Origin: a virus
Lineage: Duplodnaviria; Heunggongvirae; Uroviricota; Caudoviricetes
Virus record (IMG/VR): IMGVR_UViG_2910649936_000002
Span: 66,713-130,712 of that record
Strand: one strand, 5' to 3'
Length of the DNA: 64,000 nt
Position 1 is the first letter of the stretch. Every line of letters starts with the position of its first letter. The translations under genes and the position numbers were made by a program. Below are positions 21,385 through 29,640 of the stretch, one piece after another. A model generated the notes under the pieces. The model did not search any database and was not told where the DNA came from. It saw only the letters and a list, made by a program, of their open reading frames with translations.

Positions 21385-24121
21385 CTCACAAATCAATATT
21401 TATTCAATTGATACTGGTAGTTTTTATTCAAATCATGAAAAATATCTTCACGATATGAATTGCAAATATCGGAGAGAAAGAAATTTTGTTAAGAATAAGC
21501 TCCCTCCTTTAGAAAAGTCATTAAAAGATTATGGCTTTCATGATTCTGAAATTTCAAACTTTAAAATGGGTAAGACTGAAGGGTTAGAGCGTTTACCTCC
21601 AACTGATGAAATCACAAGTATAATAAATGAATACATGCATTGGAATAAATTAATACGTCATAAACGAAAAAAAGCTTATGAATCAAAAGATAAATTACTA
21701 AAATTGCTTGCTAATCGTGTCAAACAGAATCAAATCACAGACGGGAAAGATCATATCCGGTGTATTCGCGAAGAAGATATTCATGATAAAAATATTATTT
21801 CTGTTTTTGAATCATTTATTACACGCACAATTGGTATAAAGCAAGATGAATTATCGGATGCTCTAATCGTTGTACAAATATATTATTTTGATGTATTCAA
21901 AGATTTATCTTTTCATGGTTTTACTTTTCGTGGAGAAAAATATAAATATTTCACATCATCAGCGGGTCAAATTCGAAAAAAGAAAGCTGTATTTATCAAA
22001 GAATCTATATGGAATAATATTGAAAAAACTATTATGTGCGGTTTGACTGTAGATATAATCAATGCTAATGGCGGAAATAACGTAAACAAACACTTAGCAT
22101 ACATGGCACTCACAAGTTCAGCTACAGATGAATGGACTGACTTTGATATTGATCGTTGCATTGTTATTGATGATTTTGAAACTCATGTTTGGGGAACATA
22201 TGATTATGTGGATGATGTTACGTACCAGATTGAACGTCGTAATGGATATGTGCCAATTCCTCACACGGACGGAGCTGGAATGATGCTTCCTTCTGTGATG
22301 ACAAAAAATACTATGGTACGTTTACCATGGATTAAGGGACTTCTGGGTGTATTTGATTTTAGGAAGTTTATTGAAGTTCATAATTACTCTCCTATTATCA
22401 AAGATATTTATGGCAAAGAATGGAATGTTATAAATGACGATATTCAAATTATTTTTACTAAAAGTCAATTTAAAATGTGGAAGTATTATAATAGCTGGCA
22501 AGATTATAAGGATAATTTTAAAAAATTTAATTGTCAGGCAGGGTTATGTAACACAGAAGAAGACAGAATTAAAAATGCCACAATTAATTATCAAATGTTA
22601 CAAACATTAACAAATATAACCGATGATGAAATAGATAAGATTATTTCTAAATCTTATAAAAAAGTATCTAATATTTGCACATCTTTAGATACCATAAAGA
22701 ATGTTCTTGGTATAACTCCTTATAATAATCATATGACTGCTTTTCAAAGAGCAATCAAAATCTATCCAGCGTTATTAAATGACACATACGCAAAAGATGT
22801 TTTAAGAGACATTAAGAACAGTCTAGTCAAACGATATCGCAGTGGAAAGCTTGAAATCAATGGGAAATATACATTTATACTTCCAGATTTTTATGCTGCT
22901 TGTGAACATTGGTTTGGGCATATTGATGTTCCAAACGGTCTTTTAAATGATAGAGAAGTATTTTGTTGGTTATTTAAAAGATATGATAAACTTGATTGTT
23001 TACGCTCCCCTCATCTCTATAAGGAACATGCTGTAAGATATAATATTGCTAATAGTATACATGGGGATAGGGCTAAAAGAATACGAGAATGGTTCACAAC
23101 AGATGGGTTATACATAAGTACAAAGGATTTGATAAGTAGAATACTCCAATGTGATTTTGATGGAGACAAATCACTTGTAGTAGCAGACCCAACTTTCATT
23201 TCTATTGCAGAGCGTAATATGAATGGAATTGTACCACTCTTTTATGAAATGAAAAAAGCAAAGCCTACGTTGATTAATAATCAAACAATTTATGAGGGTT
23301 TAAATGCAGCATTTGTAGGTGGAAATATCGGAATATATAGTAATAATATTTCAAAAATATGGAATCATAATGTGTTTATAAATGGAACTGAAGAAGAAAT
23401 TCAACATGCTATTGATTGTGTAAAAAGATTATGCTGCCAAAATAATTTTGTTATTGATTACGCAAAAACTTTATACAAACCTGAATTTCCTCAAAAAATA
23501 TCAAAAGAAATCAAAACTTTCACCACTTTAAAGCTTCCTGCCTTTTTTGAGTTTGCAAAAGATAAATCTAAAGAACAAGTGCAAAAGCGAAACAATAGTT
23601 TTGTGAACAAACTTTATTATAGAATTCCTAACAAGCGGATGGATATAAAAAAACTTCACTTACCTAAATTAGATTATAAAATGATGATGTCTAATCCCAA
23701 AATAGTTTGTAGTAAAGAAGTATCAGATTTATATGCTCAAGTAAGCAAAGAATATAGTTTTCAAGTAAATATGAAAGATGAATTTGTAGATAATTTGCGT
23801 TATCTTGCATGTAAAATCAGGTATCAATTTAACGATTTGGGATATGCTGACGAAACTATTACAGATATGTTAGTTCAAAAAATATATGGCGGTAATAGTA
23901 GAAGAAAACAACTTTTATGGTTTTTGTACGGTTATTATATTGTGCGTAACTTGGAGAAAAACTTAGATATTAAGAAAACAAAAATTATTCAGTGCATTGA
24001 CTGCGATGAGTGGTTTGAAGTCGATATTTATTCACATGCTTGTCGTTGTAAAAATTGTCAAAAAGAATATCGAAGAACCTACCACAGAGAGCGAAATCGT
24101 AGAATTTCAACAGATCCTTGA
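21377..24121 (+). CDS. yonO: YonO-like single-subunit (two-barrel, RdRP-like) phage RNA polymerase
   Basis: Catalytic QCDFDGDK motif; TDGAGMMLP, RSPHL and SNNISKIWN blocks; C-terminal CxxC…CxxC; SPbeta-like synteny. Confidence 0.85.
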   Translation: MLDSQINIYSIDTGSFYSNHEKYLHDMNCKYRRERNFVKNKLPPLEKSLKDYGFHDSEISNFKMGKTEGLERLPPTDEITSIINEYMHWNKLIRHKRKKAYESKDKLLKLLANRVKQNQITDGKDHIRCIREEDIHDKNIISVFESFITRTIGIKQDELSDALIVVQIYYFDVFKDLSFHGFTFRGEKYKYFTSSAGQIRKKKAVFIKESIWNNIEKTIMCGLTVDIINANGGNNVNKHLAYMALTSSATDEWTDFDIDRCIVIDDFETHVWGTYDYVDDVTYQIERRNGYVPIPHTDGAGMMLPSVMTKNTMVRLPWIKGLLGVFDFRKFIEVHNYSPIIKDIYGKEWNVINDDIQIIFTKSQFKMWKYYNSWQDYKDNFKKFNCQAGLCNTEEDRIKNATINYQMLQTLTNITDDEIDKIISKSYKKVSNICTSLDTIKNVLGITPYNNHMTAFQRAIKIYPALLNDTYAKDVLRDIKNSLVKRYRSGKLEINGKYTFILPDFYAACEHWFGHIDVPNGLLNDREVFCWLFKRYDKLDCLRSPHLYKEHAVRYNIANSIHGDRAKRIREWFTTDGLYISTKDLISRILQCDFDGDKSLVVADPTFISIAERNMNGIVPLFYEMKKAKPTLINNQTIYEGLNAAFVGGNIGIYSNNISKIWNHNVFINGTEEEIQHAIDCVKRLCCQNNFVIDYAKTLYKPEFPQKISKEIKTFTTLKLPAFFEFAKDKSKEQVQKRNNSFVNKLYYRIPNKRMDIKKLHLPKLDYKMMMSNPKIVCSKEVSDLYAQVSKEYSFQVNMKDEFVDNLRYLACKIRYQFNDLGYADETITDMLVQKIYGGNSRRKQLLWFLYGYYIVRNLEKNLDIKKTKIIQCIDCDEWFEVDIYSHACRCKNCQKEYRRTYHRERNRRISTDP

Positions 24122-24321
24122 TAATTTTTTTCGTCCACTATTAATGGACTATTTTAAATGGCAAAAAATCGTAAAAAATGGAAATAGTCCATTTGTAATG
24201 GGCGAAAGTTTTGTACACTATATGGAAAGATAAAACGTATCAAAATAGCTTCAAGTCATTATATGTAAATTATGATACTTTTCTATAATTTCATTTCTGA
24301 CAGAATGGAGGTTGCAATTAT

Positions 24322-24618
24322 TTGATTTTAACACAAGAAAATTTAATAAAGCAAATAGCGAAAAGAGAAGATATAAATGTGGTGCTAGTTCGCAAGGTCT
24401 TTAAGTCAGCCGAAAAGATAATTTTCGAGCACTTATCTTCTACTACTCCGTCTGAAAATATGACAGTAAAAGTTTTAAATGGTTTAAATATTGAATGCAA
24501 TTATATTCCTCAAAAGGAAATACATACATTTAGTAACTTTATATGTGATGATAGAATATGGGCTAAACCAAAATTGTCTCGATATTATAATAAAAAACTG
24601 AATGGGTATGTTGACTAA
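24322..24618 (+). CDS. HU/IHF-like DNA-binding protein (YonN-like)
   Basis: LIKQIAKR…VRKVF…; directly follows the RNAP as in SPbeta. Confidence 0.75.
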   Translation: MILTQENLIKQIAKREDINVVLVRKVFKSAEKIIFEHLSSTTPSENMTVKVLNGLNIECNYIPQKEIHTFSNFICDDRIWAKPKLSRYYNKKLNGYVD

Positions 24619-24655
24619 ATATACAAGTATATAGTAGATAGTATTAAAAATTCAA

Positions 24656-25291
24656 ATGGAGGATTGCTTAATTATGATCTTAAAAGAAGCTTACCGTTAC
24701 CAGAATCACTTAAAAGATTTATTTTACGAAGCAAATCATATGCTTACAATGTCTGATTTTATAACAATAAAAAAGCAGGAACACTATAGAAATGACGCAA
24801 ATGTAAACGCCAAAAATGATACATTAATTGTTCCTAAGTCAATGGATGTATCATATACTCCTTCTGCAATAATTGATGTTGTTATGGAAATCATTGCAGA
24901 AAAAGAGTGTCTCTCAAAAGCAATTGATGATGCAAAAAAAGAAACAGAAATCAGTATAGACTCTTCTATATCACTCAATAAATTAAAACAGTCTTTTATA
25001 GCTACTCTTCAAAATATGTATTCCAAGAAGCCTTCCGAAAAAGAAATATTTGGAAAAGACTACTGTTTCAACAATGACGGAAATCAGATCGAATATGTAT
25101 ATAAGATCAAAGAGATTATATCAATTGACTACGATAGAACTAACGTAAGAAAACTTGCAAAAAAATTGCAGAGAGAATGTGATGAAATATCAATGAAACT
25201 AGACCAGCTTGAAGTTACTACAGAAATAAATTTTACACCTAAATTTGATATTGATGACACATTAGAAGATATTATGTTAAAGCAACAATAA
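24656..25291 (+). CDS. Conserved coiled-coil protein (MILKEAYRYQN family, DIP1984-like)
   Basis: LKEAYRYQN…NNDGNQ..Y…IDYDR…PKFD pattern recalled from Clostridia hypothetical proteins. Confidence 0.55.
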   Translation: MEDCLIMILKEAYRYQNHLKDLFYEANHMLTMSDFITIKKQEHYRNDANVNAKNDTLIVPKSMDVSYTPSAIIDVVMEIIAEKECLSKAIDDAKKETEISIDSSISLNKLKQSFIATLQNMYSKKPSEKEIFGKDYCFNNDGNQIEYVYKIKEIISIDYDRTNVRKLAKKLQRECDEISMKLDQLEVTTEINFTPKFDIDDTLEDIMLKQQ

Positions 25292-25700
25292 CATTATTAC
25301 TAAGATGAAAGACTCATATAATATTGTGATTGTCGGACGCTTCTTGGCAGATGAAGTATAATGCTGCTAAATCAAAATGAAAATGGGTAAAACAAGAAAG
25401 TACATATACTTTTAATGTTGATATGATTTAAATGATTGCGTTATTTGTTTCTATATGTGATATTTCCTATTTCTGTATTTTGTCAATACGTTCGGTATGA
25501 TCGTACATTCAATCTATGAGAATCGTTTCAATAAAGTATAATTATATATTAATGAACAGTTGGTAGAAATAACCAAGTAAATAATTTCACATAATTTGAT
25601 ATTCACATTGTCTGAAGTCGCAGTACTTATACGAGTTTTCATATATTGTATCAGTGGCGGTTCTGGATGTATCATTCAATTTGGCACCGTCACTGAATTT

Positions 25701-25771
25701 TGGGATATGGTGTAATGGTAACACATAAGACTTTGACTCTTATAACTCAGGTTCGAATCCTGATATCCTAG
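25701..25771 (+). tRNA. tRNA-Gln(UUG)
   Basis: Full cloverleaf; anticodon stem TAAGA/TCTTA, loop CT-TTG-AC, T-loop TTCGAAT. Confidence 0.9.
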
Positions 25772-26836
25772 TTGTCAGAATCTCTAACATGGTGCTCGCT
25801 GCCGGGCGGCGCAGAATTGGCAGACGTGTCATTCTTGTTGCGGTTCTGATAATATGTAACAATTCAGATGGACGTCACATCGGCAACAAGATTGGTTGTG
25901 AATGATTGTTACAGAGCGAATTGAAGTCGGTCTTTTCGCTATATAAAAATAGAAACAAGGGCAAATCGACAGTAGCCTCGTTTCATTAAAAACCCGTGTT
26001 AAAATTGCTCTAAAAACAACAGTGGCGATTGGGAGAAATGAAGTTCAGCGCAAAGAGCAAGCGAGACTCATATAGTTACCGAAAGCCCAGTCAGTTTATA
26101 CGTGGGAAGCTGACACTATAAGTACCACAAGGTATTAGATGTTTCTGGTGTGTACCAGAAAAGGTTTTAATGGTTGTGGGAAGTTGCCTATTTGTAAGTG
26201 TAGAAAGGTTTCTTGAACCGCTTTGGCGGTTCATGCGGAGATTCCGACTCTCCTAAAACACGTTTTCATAGTGTGGCTACGGACTATGAAGTAATTGCAG
26301 GCGTAGTATTGGTGCATGAGGGCATGGGAGACTGCTTAAATGTGTGCAATCCTATCATGGGAATGGGGCCATGCACAGCCAATAGGACAGTAAGCCGATG
26401 TATAAGTCGTGTCAAGTATATGACAACGATCATATTGAAAGCACAATATGATTTGCGGGACGCCGGGCTTATATCGCAATCCTTAAAATTTAAATCGCCA
26501 ATATTAACGCATGATAACCGGTCAATTTTATGCGAGACCACTGAGAGGAAGAATCCTTCTTACCACGAATGAGGTGGTGTGAAAACAGTAGCAATTCAGG
26601 TCGCTCCTAATGAATTTCGGACATAAATTGCGATCCGTGGATATAGTGGAAAGGCGGTAAAGGCTTATCGCATTGAGCCATAATCAATGTACGGGGCTGC
26701 CGGTTAAACAGCACCTTGCACTGGGTATAATAGTGTCATCAGGTCTTGCGGATTAAGCGATAGATGTAAAAACGACATCCGATAGTGTCAAGCATGGCAC
26801 GAAAAACATCAATGCAAGCCAGGATGACTGGCTTAT
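25772..26836 (+). ncRNA. Large structured ncRNA candidate (GOLLD/ROOL class)
   Basis: ~1.06 kb, GC-richer, without a credible ORF, densely hairpinned, and flanked by tRNA-Gln and tRNA-Tyr. Confidence 0.6.
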
Positions 26837-26926
26837 GGGAGAAAGGTCACTGTTGGTTGTGTGTCGGCAGACTGTAAATCTGTTCCCTTGTGGTAAACAT
26901 CGGAGGTTCAATTCCTCCTTCTCCCA
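26837..26926 (+). tRNA. tRNA-Tyr(GUA)
   Basis: Acceptor GGGAGAA/TTCTCCC, anticodon GCAGA-CTGTAAA-TCTGT, long variable arm; atypical D arm. Confidence 0.8.
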
Positions 26927-26986
26927 TTCCACAGTAGCTAGTACCCTATAGGCTGTCAGGTACGGCAGCGGCTACGGGAGGAACCT

Positions 26987-27058
26987 GGCTCCGTGGTCAA
27001 GCGGTTAAGACATCGCCCTTTCACGGGTGTAACGTCGGTTCAAATCCGGCTGGAGTCA
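26987..27058 (+). tRNA. tRNA-Glu(UUC), anticodon stem with two mismatches
   Basis: Typical Glu D-arm GTCAAGCGGTTAAGAC; anticodon stem TCGCC/GGGTG. Confidence 0.75.
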
Positions 27059-27270
27059 TTTTTCCACCGAGCAAGGCGGTTCAACCCACTAAGAAGCCTT
27101 GCGAAAAAACTTTTCCAGAGAGATAAGACCAAAGACCGTGAGGAGTGGTAGTCGGTGATTCTGGAATATCCCCGGAAGTATACGTTATTTCATGTGTATT
27201 GCGCCTAAAGGGCATTAAAATGGTGGTTTTATATGGGGATTAAAGGCTGATAGTTTAAATAAATTGATAA

Positions 27271-27304
27271 GAAACCCATTGGCTTTAGACAATGGGTAGT
27301 TCAC
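27271..27304 (+). mobile_element. Orphan IS200/IS605-family right end
   Basis: Hairpin cccattg-gctttaga-caatggg followed by tagttcac; no tnpA/tnpB nearby. Confidence 0.6.
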
Positions 27305-27359
27305 AACCACTAGTAGCTGGTGATGAACTGGTGTCGGGGTTTGAGTCCCTGATGTGGCG
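27305..27359 (+). pseudogene. tRNA remnant (T-arm and 3' acceptor strand)
   Basis: CGGGG-TTTGAGT-CCCTG T-arm followed by ATGTGGCG; no anticodon arm. Confidence 0.4.
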
Positions 27360-27362
27360 TTT

Positions 27363-27446
27363 GCCGTGTTCCCATAATGGTATTGGAACGGATTGCTAAT
27401 CCGTCGCCGGATATCCGGCTTATAGGTTCGAGTCCTATACACGGCG
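27363..27446 (+). tRNA. tRNA-Ser(GCU)
   Basis: Acceptor GCCGTGT/ACACGGC, ACGGA-TTGCTAA-TCCGT, long variable arm. Confidence 0.88.
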
Positions 27447-27473
27447 CTAAAATATCATCATGTTTTTAAATAT

Positions 27474-27547
27474 GGAGCTGTAGCTCAGTTGGTTGTAGCG
27501 CGCGACTGTTAATCGCGAGGTCAAAAGTTCGAGCCCTTTCAGCTCCG
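27474..27547 (+). tRNA. tRNA-Asn(GUU)
   Basis: GGAGCTG/CAGCTCC, CGCGA-CTGTTAA-TCGCG; weak T stem. Confidence 0.85.
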
Positions 27548-27596
27548 TTTACCACTGACCGATATGTGGTATATAAATGGTCGGGTTGTATAGTTT

Positions 27597-27668
27597 TACA
27601 GAAAGACTGTTGGTCGTCCGCTATGGCTCATAACCATAGTTACGTGGGTTCGATTCACACTTCTGCCA
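27597..27668 (+). tRNA. Degenerate tRNA with CAU anticodon (Met/Ile2), unpaired positions 1-2
   Basis: TATGG-CTCATAA-CCATA and T-loop TTCGATT; acceptor TACAGAA/TTCTGCC with two terminal mismatches. Confidence 0.55.
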
Positions 27669-27776
27669 CTACTCTCCTATTTGGAGAAATTCGTATATTG
27701 AAAGGAAACAGCCAGCTAAAAATATTTTACAAAAAGTTTATAACTTTTTATAAGTTTTCAGTAACGGAAGATTCAA

Positions 27777-27950
27777 ATAGTTAAAATATCTACACAAGAA
27801 AAAGACTATCTTATATCTCGTGGTGTCACATTCGGATATGGTGGCATCAGTCATACTGACAGCAGACATCGACGTTCATATTATCTGTGCGAGTCGAGAT
27901 ACAACATGAAAGTTTTACAAAGATATCGCAATTCAAGAATTACAAAATAA
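27777..27950 (+). CDS. Small hypothetical protein, probable ATA start
   Basis: 57-codon frame IVKISTQEKDYLISRG…; not in the ORF track. Confidence 0.5.
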   Translation: MVKISTQEKDYLISRGVTFGYGGISHTDSRHRRSYYLCESRYNMKVLQRYRNSRITK

Positions 27951-27984
27951 CGCTTAAAACTCAGGCAGAAAGGCGGTTATTATT

Positions 27985-29418
27985 ATCGCTTCAAAAAAGA
28001 AAAAGAATATAAAAGTTTCATTTGTAGACTCTCCATCATCCGAAGATGTAACTGGAAGTCTTATTTTTGTTTCTACACCAAATCATAAAATTTTAGTTGA
28101 TGCAGGGCTACATCAAACGAATGATCGGTATCATGACTTTCTAGTAAATAATCGAAAATTCAAAGAATTTAAACCTAAAGAAATAGATTATATTTTTATA
28201 ACACATCTCCATGCCGACCATGCCCTTCTTCTCCCAAAATTGTTTAAAGACGGGTGCCGTGCAAAAACTATTATGACAAGTGAATCTGCGGCGGTATTAG
28301 AAGATATGGCAATGGATTGTGCAGAAATCAATCAAAGAGATGTTTTACTAATTAATAATCAACATAGTAAGAACTACCCTCCTCTTTATACTGAGAATAA
28401 TGTGGAATTGATGTTGAATTATGTCTACGAGTATCCTATAAATTCGCTTATAAAAATTGATGAAGAGTTATCTTTTGAATTAGTTCCAAGTGGTCATCTT
28501 CTTGGAAGTTGCCAAATCATGCTTTATATTACCATTGATAATGCCAAAAAGTCTATACTCGTCACAGGAGATATTGGAAATAAACAAGTTAAAAATCGAT
28601 TCGTCGGAGAATATCAGCAAGTTCGTTCTGCTGATTTAGTAATTGGTGAAGCTACGTATGGAGATAAGCCTACTCTTAAAACTGGTAAAAAAGAACGTAG
28701 AAATGATTTAGAAAAATTTAAATCTATTATCGATACTCAGATAAAGGAATTAAACGGCAGGGTTATTATTCCCTGTTTTGCTCAATCAAGGATTCAGCAG
28801 CTTTCTTTAATGGTATATCAAATGTATAAGGATTCGGAATGGAAACCTAAAACTTATATTGATTCTCCATTGTCTATTAAAATTTTTAATGATTATCAAA
28901 AGTGTTTAAGCGGCAAAGACAAGGAAGACTTTGATGAAATGTTGGAAAGTAATTTTTTAACATTTATCAAAGAATCGGAAGACAGCAAGTACCTTGTTGC
29001 AAGTAATGAACCTTGCCTTATTTTATCAACTTCAGGTATGTGCCAGGTTGGAAGAATTAGACATCATTTAAAACGATGTATTCCTGATCCTAATGCTACA
29101 TGCTTATTTGTCGGTTTTTGCACAGATGGAAGTCTTGGAGCAATCCTCAAAGATGATACGCGTACTTCTATTACTATAGATCAGAAAGAATACCCTTGTA
29201 GATGTGCAGTTTATAACCTCAAGAGTATGTCTGGTCATTCACCATTTAATCAGTTGGTAGAAAACTATACAGAAATCAACTGTAACAAGATAGTTTTGCA
29301 TCATGGATCAAGTAAAGCAAAAGATACACTTAAAAAAGCCCTAGAAAAAGAATTTGCAAAGAAATGTAAATCAACTAGAGTTATAATAGCTAATTCTAGT
29401 TTAAAATTTAATTTATAA
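27985..29418 (+). CDS. MBL-fold beta-CASP ribonuclease-like hydrolase (non-AUG start)
   Basis: THLHADH lies upstream of the track start at 28240; SGHLLGS, TGDIG, SGMC.VGRI, SGH and LHHG motifs; SD agaaaggcgg followed by ATT/ATC. Confidence 0.85.
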   Translation: MASKKKKNIKVSFVDSPSSEDVTGSLIFVSTPNHKILVDAGLHQTNDRYHDFLVNNRKFKEFKPKEIDYIFITHLHADHALLLPKLFKDGCRAKTIMTSESAAVLEDMAMDCAEINQRDVLLINNQHSKNYPPLYTENNVELMLNYVYEYPINSLIKIDEELSFELVPSGHLLGSCQIMLYITIDNAKKSILVTGDIGNKQVKNRFVGEYQQVRSADLVIGEATYGDKPTLKTGKKERRNDLEKFKSIIDTQIKELNGRVIIPCFAQSRIQQLSLMVYQMYKDSEWKPKTYIDSPLSIKIFNDYQKCLSGKDKEDFDEMLESNFLTFIKESEDSKYLVASNEPCLILSTSGMCQVGRIRHHLKRCIPDPNATCLFVGFCTDGSLGAILKDDTRTSITIDQKEYPCRCAVYNLKSMSGHSPFNQLVENYTEINCNKIVLHHGSSKAKDTLKKALEKEFAKKCKSTRVIIANSSLKFNL

Positions 29419-29432
29419 AAGGATGATTAACA

Positions 29433-29615
29433 ATATATAAGAAAAAATTTGATAAAGAATATAGTACCCAATTCGTTCCTGAAATGAAGTATTTACAGTC
29501 GCAAGGAATTAACTATTCTTTCGTAAAAAAAATAAATGGAATAACAACGTATAAATATACTAAGACACCCGAATTATTTTTGGCTTTGGTGTCTTTTTAT
29601 ATGAATAATAAGTAA
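29433..29615 (+). CDS. Small DUF5659-like protein, ATA start
   Basis: FDKEYSTQF..EMKYL…GI.YSFVK…YKY.KT.ELF.AL; SD aagga. Confidence 0.55.
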   Translation: MYKKKFDKEYSTQFVPEMKYLQSQGINYSFVKKINGITTYKYTKTPELFLALVSFYMNNK

Positions 29616-29640
29616 AAGGATTAATAATAGGTGATAAATA

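Noticed and set aside
26213-27784. Track ORFs 26213-26572, 26284-26541, 27215-27442, 27566-27784
   Set aside because: They overlap tRNAs or the structured RNA, have no SD, and have atypical composition.
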